A stretch of DNA of 63,946 nt, counting the filler, from Octopus bimaculoides (taxonomy: Eukaryota), in the NCBI RefSeq assembly GCF_001194135.2. It is 12 parts of 10 records of this genome, joined end to end, with 100 filler letters (N's around TTAATTAATTAA, not from the genome) between each part and the next. Parts side by side here need not be neighbours in the genome. Positions count along the whole stretch, not along the records: positions 1 to 13,562 come from NW_026436977.1; positions 13,663 to 16,234 come from NC_068988.1; positions 16,335 to 19,356 come from NC_068985.1; positions 19,457 to 28,983 come from NC_068993.1; 8 more parts are not named here. One strand, 5' to 3'. Position 1 is the stretch's first letter; each line of letters opens with the position of its first letter. Below the pieces are notes generated by a model. It saw only the letters and a list, made by a program, of their open reading frames with translations, did not search any database and was not told the DNA's origin. Positions 1 to 27,265 of the stretch are shown in pieces. The translations under genes and the position numbers were made by a program.

Positions 1-169
1 TATGTATATATATACATACATATATATGTGTATATGTATATATATACATATATATGTGTATATGTATATATATATATACATATATATATATAGCAACCCC
101 TAGGGAACCTTTCGACCCGTAAATCCAGCGCCTTACCTTTTTACATGTTATAAACCTTCCCTCTTCCAG

Positions 170-13562
<13,393 letters not shown>

Positions 13563-13662
13563 NNNNNNNNNNNNNNNNNNNNNNNNNNNNNNNNNNNNNN
13601 NNNNNNTTAATTAATTAANNNNNNNNNNNNNNNNNNNNNNNNNNNNNNNNNNNNNNNNNNNN
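13563..13662. other. Artificial 100-bp contig spacer (44 N + TTAATTAATTAA + 44 N); first of 11
   Basis: Identical structure at 16235-16334, 19357-19456, 28984-29083, 31279-31378, 43101-43200, 47632-47731, 54571-54670, 57705-57804, 60738-60837 and 62683-62782. The palindromic linker has a stop codon in all six frames. Confidence 0.97.
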
Positions 13663-15268
13663 ATCGCCTTTCCTTTTCACTTGTCCAGCCATTGATCGAG
13701 AGATAAAACACAAACCAACTCCTGTTAAATGCAAAAATCCCGCCAAAAATACACACACAAACGGACATTTCATGTTTTTCAGTTTCTCTATGATTATACA
13801 CGCGTCGAAAACAATAGCTCTTACATACATCTTAATCTTCAACAAGTATGTATCAATTTCTATAATATAAATTGTTTTTCAAGTCAATGACACACAAATT
13901 CACTCACTCACTCTATCTCTCTTTATTACCCTCTTTCTCTCTCACATACACCACACACACACACGCACTTCCATTTCATATATCTTTCAATTACTGCTCT
14001 CTGCAAATAAATTTTTTACGGATACAACTGCTTACAAAAATTGGGATCAATGTATAATTTCTTTCTATGTTCATAATTAAATAAATGTTTTAATGATTAG
14101 ACAGACGTCCAATACAATAGCTCTCACAAACTGACTACGTACAAATTCTTTCTTCACAACTCCTGAAGCCATTTTCTGACAGGAGGGGGTGAAATCATCC
14201 TACAGCTGGAGGCTCCAATCGAAATAGGACACGAAATGATCAGGTTGAGAAACGCTGTTATAGATTATGCCTAACCGAAAACAATCACAGTCACATCATC
14301 CAAACAGACCAACGCGTCACCCGGTCCAGGAATCGAAACCACAATCTTACGATCATGAGTCCAACACCCTAGCCACTAATCTTGAAGATTGAGAAGCTTT
14401 CAATTATGTTTGGGATGCTGGAAAAACGAGTTTGATCAGATAAAGATTTGAAGCTTGCTCCAAGCTTTGCATTTCTGATGTTTCAGCCATCACATCTCTT
14501 TTATACTTATTTAGGTTATGGGCATCATATCGACGACACATCAAAACGCTCAAAGATTTCACCAAAAGTGTTTAAGGCGTATATTAAACTACAACTGGAA
14601 GAGCTGGAAAAGGCGGGTTGTTTCAGTATAGAAGTTCACCTCATCAAGAACCATATACCAATGGGGTATAATTATATCATTCATTGATGTGACTTCCAGC
14701 TTCCGAAGCAATTGCTTTATGGAGGATTTATTCTCGGTAAGTGGCCGCTGCACAAATCAAAAAAGAAATTTCATGTCACAAAATAACTTCATTGCAAAAA
14801 ATCTCCGCTGAACAGGAGCAAATGGCGTCCTATAACTAGATAATCTCTTTCATGCAGTCTGCAGTCGCATTAGACTTTCAAAAGTCGGATTTGTAATTCA
14901 CAAAAATCACATACCGGATACTAACATGAAATGCTTATATGTATATGGTAACAACGGCCCCGGCAGAGTACTGCTGCTATCTATAAACGAAGCTGTGTTC
15001 GTCTACAGCCGGGTTGAAATTTGATTTTGGACGAGTGCACAAGGGCGGAACTGTTGCTGGGGTGATTCTTGACAAAATAGTTTGCTTTAGTTGTTACAAG
15101 AAACGAAACATAATAGGGGTTCGGTATTCATCTGACAGCCACATGGTAGAGAAGCTATCAAAACTATTGCAGTCATAAGTCTGCAATGTGAAAGTGGCTA
15201 TGCTTGAAATCAAGTTAACGAACCTCCCATATCGACCTACACACACACACACACACACACGTATATAT

Positions 15269-15312
<44 letters not shown>

Positions 15313-16115
15313 ATATATATACATACATAGGTTGATAGATACATACATATATCATATACATGCATACATGCGCAACTTTACATACATTCATGTATATATA
15401 TGTATATAATGTATACACACAGGCGTGTGCGCGAACACACAAACACACACATAAAATAGACACAAACATGTACACTCTCACTACACATATATAAAAGAGA
15501 AGATAAATTATTGAAAGCCCACCCCTGACTGTCACGATATATAACATATTAAATGACTGCAGGGCATCAGGAAAAAAATGGGTGGAGATTCTGCTAAAAA
15601 TTAAAAGAGACAGGTTATAACTTAGCAAGATTTTGAATGTTGAGATAAAATGCTAAAAAGTCTGAGTAGGTAAAACTGTTGGCAGCTCTGTAAAATTCCT
15701 TCATCACTTCTATCATAGATAGATAATTTTAGTTATGATTAAAGAAGTTTCACTTACTCTACATCGCGTATTGAGTACGTTTTTTCCATTTGCAAATACA
15801 AACCTTCACAAATACAGACACGTCTGTTTTATCGTCATTTCCGTCAATTGTCGCACAGTTCCTTCATAATTTTATTGTGATTTTCTTTTCTAACAAATCA
15901 TATTCTTTTTATCGTAACGGTTTTGTATTTCTTTATCTGTACCTCACACAATCTTTCTCTCGTTTTGTCTTTCCTCTCTCACTGTGTTTCTCTTGCTCAA
16001 ACTCCCCCCCCAACCTCTCTCTCTCACTTGTTTCTCATTATCTTTCTCTCACCCATTCTTGCTTTCAACTCTTTCTCTTTCTCTTTCTTTGTCTTTCACT
16101 CTCTATATATTTCAG

Positions 16116-16234
16116 GCCACTCACTCCTGCGCATCTCCAACGAGTATGAGACGTTTTTGACACAGCTGTTTTGGCGCTACCTAACTCGCGCCGCTGATTC
16201 GACGCTGGCTTGTTTGACATCAGATATTTTACTG
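16116..16234 (+). CDS. Candidate orphan exon truncated by contig end (HSLLRISNEYETFLTQLFWRYLTRAADSTLACLTSDILL)
   Basis: Long pyrimidine tract at about 15950-16110, then ttcag|; open frame; higher complexity than flanks; protein not recognised. Confidence 0.3.
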
Positions 16235-16334
16235 NNNNNNNNNNNNNNNNNNNNNNNNNNNNNNNNNNNNNNNNNNNNTTAATTAATTAANNNNNNNNNN
16301 NNNNNNNNNNNNNNNNNNNNNNNNNNNNNNNNNN

Positions 16335-16375
<41 letters not shown>

Positions 16376-16499
16376 CATGTATCTACTTATGAATGTACAT
16401 CAGCTTCTTCGTTACAAAAATACGTGTCATATAGTCTCATAGGGCTAGTTCCCGGTTTCCGTGGCACATATATTCAGACTTTGACGGGACGTTAGCCTG

Positions 16500-16655
16500 T
16501 GGTAGTTTTACTCGTTTTGGCTTACTGAGTGGACAGGAGCAACGCGAAATAGAATGTGTTGCTGAAGAACACAACTGGATACCCAGTCCAGGAATCGAAA
16601 TCACAATCTTACGATCATGAATCCAACAACTCTAACCACTAAGCTACGCGCCTCT
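16500..16655 (-). mobile_element. tRNA-derived SINE 5' fragment, family 2-related; similar fragments at 14310-14378, 28150-28290 and 39373-39490
   Basis: ggaatcgaaatcacaatcttacgatcatgaatccaacaactctaaccactaag is the antisense of a B-box/A-box head. Confidence 0.6.
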
Positions 16656-18524
16656 GAAGGTTTCTACGCTGCACATTCATTATTACCTACTTAATCTAAC
16701 GTGTTAACGTGCAAGTCTTTCGGTATATTCTACAAGTCACTTCTGCTCTTAAAGTGTTTCTCAGTTCGTATCAGTATGTTATAGTATGTTGATGTCCCTT
16801 TGAAATACGGTTATAAACCATCCAACAAACGTCCATAGGATCCCTGTAGATAAAAGCAGACAATGCTAAACTGCAAACGTCTGGATTTCCTTTCATTATA
16901 ACAATTAACAAACTCGTACAGAATTGCAGAAATATTCTTCCATCGTGGTGGGTTGGTAACAATCTTTATCATATTGACAGAACCGCTCCTAACTACAACA
17001 ATGTCATCGAAGCGAGTAAATTATAAGAAGAGACATTGTTATATCACTTTCTCTGCCTACCTTTTTAACCTAAATGTTACGTTTAAGATAGGTAAAGATT
17101 TCCTACTAGACATGGATAAAGAAAACTGTTCAATACATAGACTCCGAAAGTTAAATTTTAGTTTTAACGCCTACATTCAGCAAATTACACCACGGAGTCC
17201 CGTTGATCATGTAAAACAACGCCATACGCCCTCTCATTAGATGTTGCAACAAAAAAGCTGTCCTATATGAAGCTAAGGTCAAAACTTTAGACAGGATCCA
17301 TGGTATCTTTGTATAACAGAAAAGCAGTTCAGATGAAATTCTGATATGATACGACACACCTTTAAAAACATTGAGAAATGGAGTTGTAGCTGAAACAGCG
17401 AACTACATTTGAGCATTGAAAGAAACGGTTGTCAATTACGACGTGTTGGGAAATTAGGGAAAAGTGTCAGATTTATATAAAACGCATTTAAAATGTATGA
17501 TCCCAGCAAAGTTTTTGTAAAAATAAATTCTGAAAACTGACTAAATTCCAGGATAAATTTGAACGACTCAAAATGAGATAGTGTGTTCACCCAGATTTTT
17601 CATATTTTTCTCTCTCTTCCCTTCTACCACTCTTTCTGACTGAGCCGAGATTATTTTATCTATATCAAAATTGTGTTTCATCTTTGTGTTAGGGAAGATT
17701 AAGTTATTTCTTCTAGATTGAATGACACGTTTGAAATCTTCTCGTCATCTTGTTTATTAGTGTATAGACGAAGTGTATTATGCTTTCTTTTATAGCTAAG
17801 TGTAACATATTATAGGAGTCGACTGTATAAATATAGACTAAATTCTTCGTGTTTAGGTTGCAGGGATTATTTTGATACATTCGTTAAGAAAATTTATTTT
17901 GCGCATGTAATATTTATTGATTAGACAAATGTATTTAGTGTGCTGGCTAAGTAATAAAATATAATCGTGTTTCTAGGTGTCAAGAAGTTTGCTTCCTTTG
18001 AGGAGTATAACTGTCTGACGTTATATACGCAGGTCCTCCGATTGAGGAGAGAACTAATGGTCGGCAGAAGTGAATAGGTTAAAAGTTAGGAGCTGGCAGT
18101 AGTTCAGAAGCTAAAAGCAGTGAATGGGGGATGTAGGAAATGATTTATGGAAATGAGGCAGAAAGGCTGAGAGAGACGTGGTTACTCTTAGTAGCTGTCA
18201 GAAAATGAACTGAAGAGTTAGTGAGAAAACCTGTAGGTAAGATAAGTAGTGAGATGAAGGACTGGCGATGTAATGCGATTTAATCAACGACAGATATACA
18301 GTCACGTGAATAGGAAACATAACTGATGCAATAAAACAAAGTAAAGTAAGAGATCGGAAATGGAGTGGATTTTCGAACAAAAGAATTTCGAATCTTGGTT
18401 GTGTAATTGGACGAATAGAAAATATGTGAAAGCCAGACATCTTTGTTCAAGTGTGCGTGGGTGCATTTGTATTTGCCTATATTTCGCTAAGTTTATATAT
18501 ACCGGTGTAAAACGGTGCATCAAG

Positions 18525-19166
18525 TTATTATTATTATTATTCAATATTTGGGAGTTTCAGGTAAATTTCTACTGTATCACCTGCTACACTTCCGTGTTGC
18601 TGGAGTGTATGCAGCATTGTGTGTTCTTTTTTTATTGTTGGGAGTGTGCAAAATTTCCTGATATTGCATTACATCAGTTTATTTTTTCTATAGGGTGTGG
18701 TGCAGTCTTATGTTGCATTAGTGTGTATATTTTGTGTTGTCTATGTAATGCTTTGAGTGATCAGCCTGCTGGTTTATTTCATTGGATATTTGCTATTTAG
18801 AGCGTGGTTTGTGTTTGTGGGTTGCTTTGTTTAAGTTGTATTATTGAATAGATAGTGGTTTGCGTAAGATTTGGGTTATTCCTAGCAGGGCTAGTTTTTG
18901 GATAGTGTGTAGTGTTGAGGATCCAAGTATAGCTTCTACATTTTTGTTCATATGCTTTCTTATCATGCCCAATGTTCCAGTTATTACTAGCATTGTTTTC
19001 CTCGCATCTTCAAAGCTTTAATTTCGAAGTCTTTGTACTATGACAATTTCTCTAATTTTTATGGATAATATTTAAGTCAGAAGCGACTACAATATCTATC
19101 ACTATATTATGTCTGGTCAATTAACTTCTATTTCTTTGTCGGTTTGAACCCGCATGTCCCAGATGA
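18525..19166 (-). mobile_element. Decayed 3' end of a non-LTR retrotransposon with restriction-like endonuclease (R4/Dong-like)
   Basis: Minus-strand translation with stops and frameshifts: IIWDMRVQTDKEIEVN*PDII..IDIVVASD..EKLS*YKDFEI..VITGTLGMIRK..IQKLALLGITQILRKPLSIQ* (stop at 18841); flanked by TAA repeats. Confidence 0.7.
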
Positions 19167-19207
19167 TTATGACCTGATCGTTCTTCTTCTTCTTCTTCTT
19201 CTTCTTC

Positions 19208-19269
<62 letters not shown>

Positions 19270-19325
19270 TAGTTTTATTTTTATAACGTGCTTTCACTTC
19301 ACTACCGAGCGCAGCTCTGTGCACC

Positions 19326-19356
<31 letters not shown>

Positions 19357-19456
19357 NNNNNNNNNNNNNNNNNNNNNNNNNNNNNNNNNNNNNNNNNNNN
19401 TTAATTAATTAANNNNNNNNNNNNNNNNNNNNNNNNNNNNNNNNNNNNNNNNNNNN

Positions 19457-19487
<31 letters not shown>

Positions 19488-20384
19488 ATATCTGCGTGTG
19501 TATTGGGTATGGTAGATAATTTCAGTAAAAATTTAGGTTCAGATGAATATGGTACTTAAGTTGAGGCACCAGAATTTAGTATGGTATTATCCATACAGTT
19601 TCAAAGTAAGGTGATTAGAATCAAAATAAACAACAAGAATATCCAGAGGTAATGCAGTACGATTGTTTCATGCAACCCCATTTAATTGAACAGTGCAATT
19701 ATTACATCAGTTTAAAATGCAGAGCAATTTTCAGCTGCACAAAGACATACAATTTAATTAAATTAGAACAGATGGATACATTAGTATAATTATACCTAAA
19801 ATCTCCAAGAAGTTAAGGAGGTAGACAAAGAACATGCTGCGTTCACTCCAGCATAGAAGCTACTTAATTCCGCTAAGCATTTCGCCCGGCGTGCAAGCGA
19901 TTCTGCCAGCTCGCCGCTTTATATGAACCTAGTGTAAGTTCAACGAATAACAGTAGCATGGGGCCTCAGAAATTCCAGTTTGTATTAAGTCTGCTGGAAG
20001 ACCAGTGGAGTGAAGAGCCTCTCGGCTTTTGTTAAAGTATGTCACCCTGATATAAAACCAGATATGCAAGGAATGACATTGAACATTTTGTAGGTCTTTT
20101 GCTTACACTTAGGATCATGATGCGCCTACATTCCTGAGCTTGCGATTCATATTGACCCTGGATTTTCTCTGGATCATCTCAAAAGGACAGAGAGGTTCTT
20201 TGAGCTGCTGTGCAAACTTTATTGGAGTTAAAATTTCAGGTTGCGTATTCGCCGTAAAGGCGACTTTCCGATACACGGTTGAGTAAGAGGGCGCCGCTGA
20301 TTCAGAGGCATTACTGACATTTTGCACAAGCAACGGTCTGTGTTGGTCTTCCTCGGCTACGAGTGGACAGCGATCAAGTATGTA

Positions 20385-21728
20385 CACTGAGCCGCAAAAG
20401 AAACGCGAGAGGTTTGTGACTGTGAAATATATTTTAATTTCATTTTGTCAGAGATAAATTTTGATTAATCTGATAAAGTCAATTTCTTGGACTCACTTTG
20501 ACCACAGTCTATGGGTCGTTGCCATGTGTTCTAGTAGTGGGCGAATCCAGCACATCGAAAATGTAGGGCGTGAATGTTCAATACCGTGTATGCCCTCACT
20601 GGGTGTTCAAAACGGCCACGCACCGTCGGTACATGAAGTACATATGGCGATTCACAGAAGCCATTGGCACCTGTACCCACACCCTGAGGAAAGCTTCTTC
20701 CAGTTCCACACGAGTTGTCGGCCTTGGGACCACCTGGTTCAGCCGTCTCTGGATTTCATCCAACAGGTGTTCAGCTGGGTTCAAATCCGGGCTGAGAGCC
20801 GGCTACGGCATGGTTCTGATGTTGTGTCGACGCAAGAGGTCCATGATGACCCTGGCCGTGTGGGAGGAGCATTGTTTTGCTGAAACACGTGGCTATAGTG
20901 ACGCGCGAAGAAGGGAACGATGTGAGGTCTTATGATCTGGTCAACGTGGCATTGAGCTGTGATGCCATTCCCTCTGCTTGCACCAACATTTTGGAACACG
21001 AACCCAATTCTCTGATTCAGGCCTATAGCAACCCAAACCATGATGCTTTGGCCATCCCGCGCGTCCCTCTCCATGACACATGCATCTCTGTAGCGTTCAC
21101 CTCTCCTACGCCACACCCTCACTATGCCATCCGAGGTGGAAACGCAGTACCGGCTCTCGTCAGGGAAGACTATCGATCTCCATTGTTGATGCCGCCAATG
21201 TAGGTGCTGTCTAGCCCACTGTAGTCGTGCTTGACAGTGGCGAGCGGTGAGGACAGGCCCTGGAGCAGGACGATGGCAAAGCAGGTTGTTAGCGGCCAGT
21301 CGACATCGTTCCGTGTCGTCGCTGATGGGTCGCTATCCAGTGCCAATGGTCTCCGCGATCTGTTACGCTGGCCGGTCTGAAGCAATCACGGAGGTATTGC
21401 AGGTGGATGAAGCGATCCTGCCTGGGCGTGGTCACCCAGAGACGCCCTCTGCCGGAAGGGTCAGCAGTTCTGTTAGTGTTGTATCACTGTTGCAGGCGTT
21501 AGATGGTGCTGACATGGACATTGGAAGCTATCGCAACAACCAGGGCACGCTGCCCTTCTTGCAATCGACCGAAAGCTTGTTCTCTCTGTGCTGCTGACAA
21601 TCGGGTCATATCTGATGTGTCGAACTTACGAATGCCAGGAACGCAGTTTAAATGGATTTTTTATATCCATAACCTCTACGAGATGCTCGTGCATTTCGGT
21701 TTTCATGACAATTGTTTGCGACGGAGTG
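20385..21728 (-). mobile_element. Tc1-like DNA transposon, decayed
   Basis: TA at 20383-20384, then left end CACTGAGCCGCAAAAG; degenerate right end tttgcgacggagtg; contains the transposase relic. Confidence 0.85.
20578..21609 (-). pseudogene. Tc1-family DDE transposase pseudogene
   Basis: MTRLSAAQRE..AFGRLQ..VTTPRQDRFI (HTH region); WRSIVFPDESRY; SIMVW; FQQNNA; MNPAEHLLDEI; GHTRY*; multiple stops and frameshifts. Confidence 0.88.
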
Positions 21729-21834
21729 CTACGATATATATATATATATAAACTAGTAAAAGATTTTCGCTGCCCGTTTTATTAATGACAAGATAAAATA
21801 GTATAGTTCGATATTTAAGAGATGAGGAATTATG

Positions 21835-22199
21835 TACATTATTTACATTATTTACATTCGACAGATATTTGTCCTCATCTTGTTTCTTGTTAACACAACG
21901 TTTCGGCTGATATACCCTCCAGCCTTCTTCAGGTGTCTTGGGGAAATTTCGAACCTGGGTTCTCATTCCTAAGGTATTCTACTAACTCCAAGATTCCGAG
22001 TTCGATTCCAAGCAGTGACTTGAATAATAATAATAATAACAACAACAACATCGAAGAATACCTTAGGAATGAGATCCCAGATTCGAAATTTCCCCAAGAC
22101 ACCTGAAGAAGGCTAGAGGGTATATCAGCCGAAATGCTGTGTTAACAAAAATAAGATTAGGACAAATATCCGTCGAGTGTAAAAAATGTAAATAATGTA
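21835..22199. repeat. Long inverted repeat (arms 21835-21980 and 22055-22199, 74-bp spacer)
   Basis: The arms are reverse complements with scattered substitutions. Confidence 0.9.
21892..21937 (-). ncRNA. Minimal type-I hammerhead ribozyme motif, Penelope-associated type
   Basis: Minus strand GACAC-CUGAAGA-A-GGCUG-GAGGGUAUAU-CAGCC-GAAAC-GUU/GUGUU: core motifs, 5-bp stem II, 5-bp stem I, palindromic AACGUU in place of stem III. The mirror copy at 22098-22143 has core mutations. Confidence 0.65.
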
Positions 22200-23579
22200 T
22201 AAAATAGTATATTGTTCATTTTTACCATGATGTTGTACAAGTTTAAAAAGTTTAATTTAACATGGCTAATTCAGCTGCTTTTTATTTTTTCAATCCTTAC
22301 AGACCCGGTAGGGATCTCCCCCGTGAAAACACTACTTTACTGTGTCTCTTGACAAAGCTGGGCTTCTGCATTGATTGGTTGTGCTTTGCTTGAATCGTCA
22401 TGTTTGTTGGAAGGTACCTGACAGGTCGCTCATTCAAAGAATATGTTGATAAATTCTGTTTAAAACCCACTCTATCAATTGTAGCATCCAATATAGCTTC
22501 CTTTCCATTACAAAAGGCATTCTTAAAATTACTTCCCATCATATCGTCTCCCACTTATATGATGGGATTCTATGCTACTTTCTGTTCTCAATGCCCATTC
22601 ATAGGATATTTACACAAAATAAGAAAAATCTTGCTGTAGGATTTTTCAAACAATCCTGAATCAGGAGTTTCAAAATAGGAAATACTGATTGAAAAGCTTC
22701 AAATTACTGGCATTACATATCTCGACAAAAAACTATGGTACTGCATACCAATATTTGTAATCAAACCCAGCTAAAAACTTCACGTCTAATGCAGCTCGGT
22801 CCTGTATAGAATTTATTTCTTTATATGTTACTTATATATCTTAAGCGAGGCACATACATGAATTCACAAACACACACAAACATACACACACAAACAAACA
22901 AACAAACAAACAAACAAGCAGGCAAACGTAGCTGCATACACGCATATACAGACACATACCTCAACTGTTTTAAAAAGCTTTACAATTTTTGTAGCGGTGA
23001 AGTGTGTTAATATGGCAATCGTTTATCGTTGTTTGTTATCAGTTCTGGAAATTGTTCTGAGTTTCGAATTTTAAAGGTGCTTCAGTATGTCAGAAAATTT
23101 TAGATATTCAAATTGATTGTCTAAACTTATATTAAAGAGGAACGTTTGCGTGTTCGGACATCTAAAAATTTAAGAAATTATGCACTCACAAATAGACGCT
23201 TATTTTGAAGCTGCATAAAGCAGATATCCATCGGCTTTCAAGAGTGTTCTTGTGGTAGAAGAGATGTGTGCATATTCTAATAATCAGAGAAAACACTGCC
23301 GTGTTTCAAAGACAAATTATCATTCCAAGAAAGCAACAAATTCTATTATGCTGCATAGAATATGCTCAAATATGCTGCTGCGTATGTTTACTAAAAGGTT
23401 TCTATTCATTGATGTGTTCCCTACTAGAATTTCAAATCAAATTTTGAGGAAAAATGGAAATGTGTGTTTACCGAAGGCAGACCATCAGGATGTTCGTACC
23501 TCCATTTATCATCGTAGCCTATGAACGTCTTTCGCGCAACGTCCTTAGACGCATCTTCCAGGAGTACCTTTGAGAAATA

Positions 23580-23790
23580 AGTGTCTGCAAATGTTCTAGT
23601 CGAATCTCTCAGTGAGTCCAGTGGAGGCTGCTGATATTACCTAGCCATCCGCTTGTGACCTACCCTTAGATCAGCTGCTGGTTGACCGTGTTTGTAAAAT
23701 CGCCCCTCTGACTATTTCTTCAGATATTCTGACCACATATCCGTAGGAATGGAGCTGCTACCTCTCAATGTGACCTAGTAATGATTCGAC
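23580..23790 (-). mobile_element. Possible RTE-type LINE 3' relic
   Basis: Weak translation QLHSYGYVVRISEEIVRGAILQTRSTSS*SKGR resembles the RTE C-terminus. Confidence 0.3.
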
Positions 23791-24940
23791 CTCACATCAC
23801 TCTAGATCCATCGAATAACATTTAGGGATAACCATTCCCATCACTACCCATGATTCTTGTCTATAACTAAGGAAAGGCACGGAAACCAAAGAGCGATTTC
23901 GGATGTTTCCCCTACCATATCGAGTGCTGAAGATGGCGCATTATTGCAATATTTGTTTTTCGGTGACATACAGAAACTCTGTTGTTACTCTGACTACCGG
24001 TAATGCAGTGAAGTAGTAACTGGGCGTTTGGAAAACTGCAGCTGACGACGTTGTCGTTCATCAATAGGGATATATAAAATAAAATTAACGATAAAACTGT
24101 TTTCCTAGTGTATCTGTACATGACAGAAACCGAGCGAGGCTCATGCCAACGGGTAATTTGTCATTTCTAGCCCTGACTACTTCCTGTCACTTGGAGGATA
24201 TTCTACATTGTAGATATAGACAACAACAACAACAACAACAAAATAACAAAAGATACTACTACTACTATTACTACTACCACTACTACTACTACTATTACTG
24301 CACCAACGACAATAACTACTAAAACAACTTCTACTACAACCAAACGAAATCCGAATAGCCATTCCCTCCGTACACCTCCACACTCAATCATGCCCAAATC
24401 CCAAATTAATCATTCTTTTAAAGATTTTATTCCTTTCCTTTACTTTTCTCTTTTTAATACTGCGATAAGGAGACATTTTAACAGGCGTACATGATGATGA
24501 TGATGATGATGATGATGATTAACGATGAGGACCATGATAAAAACGATGATGAAAATGATGACTGAATTGATGATGGTAATAGTTTTGAAGATAATTGAGA
24601 TGGTGGTGGTGGTATTGGTGTCACCGCTGTAGTAGTGATGGTCTCTACAATTCAGTTGGCGATGATGGCAGAGCTGGGATTGTGGTTTACTGAAGTACGA
24701 TCTGAAAATTGATTATTTTTCCTCTTTTTCTCTAACCCTTTTTATATTTTTTTTTCCTTATCAATACTAGCCAAAATTCCATCTAAACATGGATTTTATC
24801 AGTATAAATTCTACCAAATAACTTTTCATGCAATCTTTATGGAATGTATTTGATAAAATATTAATCTATCTATCCATCTAGGTATATATAACACTCAATC
24901 TAGTTCTGTCCTGGCTTTCTCACTGAACATATATATTTAA

Positions 24941-25060
<120 letters not shown>

Positions 25061-25439
25061 ACATATGTAAACATACATATGCATGAATGTATGAGTGCAT
25101 GTATGTATGAGTGATTGTGCGTGTATGTACAATACATATATATATATATCTTAATGAATGTCAAACAAAGAGGAGTCACGTAATCACCTTCATTAACCTA
25201 CAGCTAGAGGATGTTGCACAAACACTCAGCTCTAAGTGTACTGGTTCTTATATATGAAACAGCTGTAAGCCAATGCAGGTGATTATGTCAACTCCTGTTC
25301 TTTTTCTTTGTCATTCAGTGATTAGTGTTACGCTCTGTAGTCGTAAAACGCTTAACTCTAAGGCATATGTATATCGAGTTTTTGCAACTAGTTATTTGTA
25401 TTTCTATGCCTAAGCGAAATCATTGCATATGTACTTGTA

Positions 25440-25440
25440 T

Positions 25441-25491
<51 letters not shown>

Positions 25492-25790
25492 CATTTCTTT
25501 TATTAGCCACACAGGGCTCAACAAAGATGGGACAAATACAATGAAGAGCTTTTCTTTTTGGGAGGGGGAAGGGAAAGAGAGAAAAGAAAAGTAGGAGTGT
25601 GTCGATCAAAAGGGATCGTAGGAAGGGAAAAAGGGGGGAGTTCGATCAAAAGGGATCGAGAAAAAAAAAAGCGATCAATAGGGATCGTGGTATCACAGTA
25701 ATGTTCTCGTGTAAAAAGAGGGGAGGACAGTTTAGGTTTAGCCGTGGAAAGAAAAGGCTACGGAAAAGACCACGGTAACCTTGGTCAATA
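25440..25790 (-). mobile_element. Probable non-LTR retrotransposon 3' UTR with a (TATC)n tail
   Basis: Minus strand AATAAAGAAATGTA is followed directly by the TATC repeat. Confidence 0.35.
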
Positions 25791-25795
25791 TTGTC

Positions 25796-25838
<43 letters not shown>

Positions 25839-26461
25839 TACACACATGTATGTATGTATGTATATATGTATGTATGTATGTATGTATGCATATATGTATG
25901 TATGTATGTACGTACGTATGTATGTTTGTATGTATAGGTGAAGGCAGCATTATATTTTACTTTGTGGAATTGTACGAAGGGGTTCAATAAACGGAGAGCT
26001 TGCATTATATATAAATATATAATGTAATGAAACTGAATTTAACACAAGACATACATGTGTGGGGGCATACATGCGCATGTGAAACACGTATATATTTGTC
26101 CTATATTATATGATTATATGGTTATATATTAATAATACAAGCAAAACCTTCTGTGACCGTGGAACAAATAAGAGATATTTGAATTGAACCAAGTTACATA
26201 CAAGCACAAACAGATTACATAAAGCACGAGGTGTAGATATTCAGTTAAAATATTTGTGAATTTTATTTTCACTTCCTGCGTAGATATCATACAGCGAACT
26301 ATATCAATTTCTTCAAATTTTACCTATGCCTGCAGCAATAAATTCGAAATATTTCTGAAAATATATATTCGTTTGCAGATTTCTTCCGAAGAACTCAATA
26401 AACAAATGGTTTAGAGCATTATAACCTATAATGATTTTAAATGATTCAAGGAAATTCATAT

Positions 26462-26551
<90 letters not shown>

Positions 26552-27137
26552 TGAATAAAACGAAGCAATTTTAAATTAGATTGTCCCTCTCTGTATCATA
26601 CTTAATGTAAATACATCGTTGAAAGGCAAATTTACTACGGTATTCATCCAGAAATAACATCTCTTGCGGATGTGCTATGTTTAAAACTTGTAAACATCGG
26701 AGGGAGACGAAACATTATCCCAGCGGCGGGCTACCGAGAACACCAGCTATACTTCGGTCTCGTTGGGACTTATCAATTGCATGCTTTCACAGCGAACCAC
26801 ATGCTTAAACAGGATTCTAAGAGAGTTTCTTCTATCTTGTAATATACAGGCAAAGAGTGAATAAACATTCACTGGCATTGTGAATAGTCATTCGGCTGAA
26901 TAAAAATACATTATATGTAATTTCAGTAGCATTAAGTTTAAATACCTATCTCTGTTATGACACATAATGTAAATATATCGTTGAAATGCAATTTTATTGC
27001 GATATTCGTCCAGAGATGGCATCTGTTATGAACTCGCTGTGTATAAAATAACAATAAACACAATTCACACACACACACAGACACACACACACAGACACAC
27101 ACACACAGACACACACACACATACACGTGCACGCACG

Positions 27138-27173
<36 letters not shown>

Positions 27174-27265
27174 TATATAAACACACAAACACTCACACAA
27201 GTATACATACATACACATAAATTGATAGATATTATAGTATAAGCAGTCATTTGTTGTTATATATA

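Noticed and set aside
22297-22554. 85-aa minus-strand ORF (also 20115-20387 and 57305-57562)
   Set aside because: No recognisable domain or splice context; lengths are compatible with chance or decayed transposons.
26745-26780. Hammerhead-like minus-strand motif UUGAUAA-GUC..GAC-CGAAG
   Set aside because: Several core positions mismatch and no stem I is visible.
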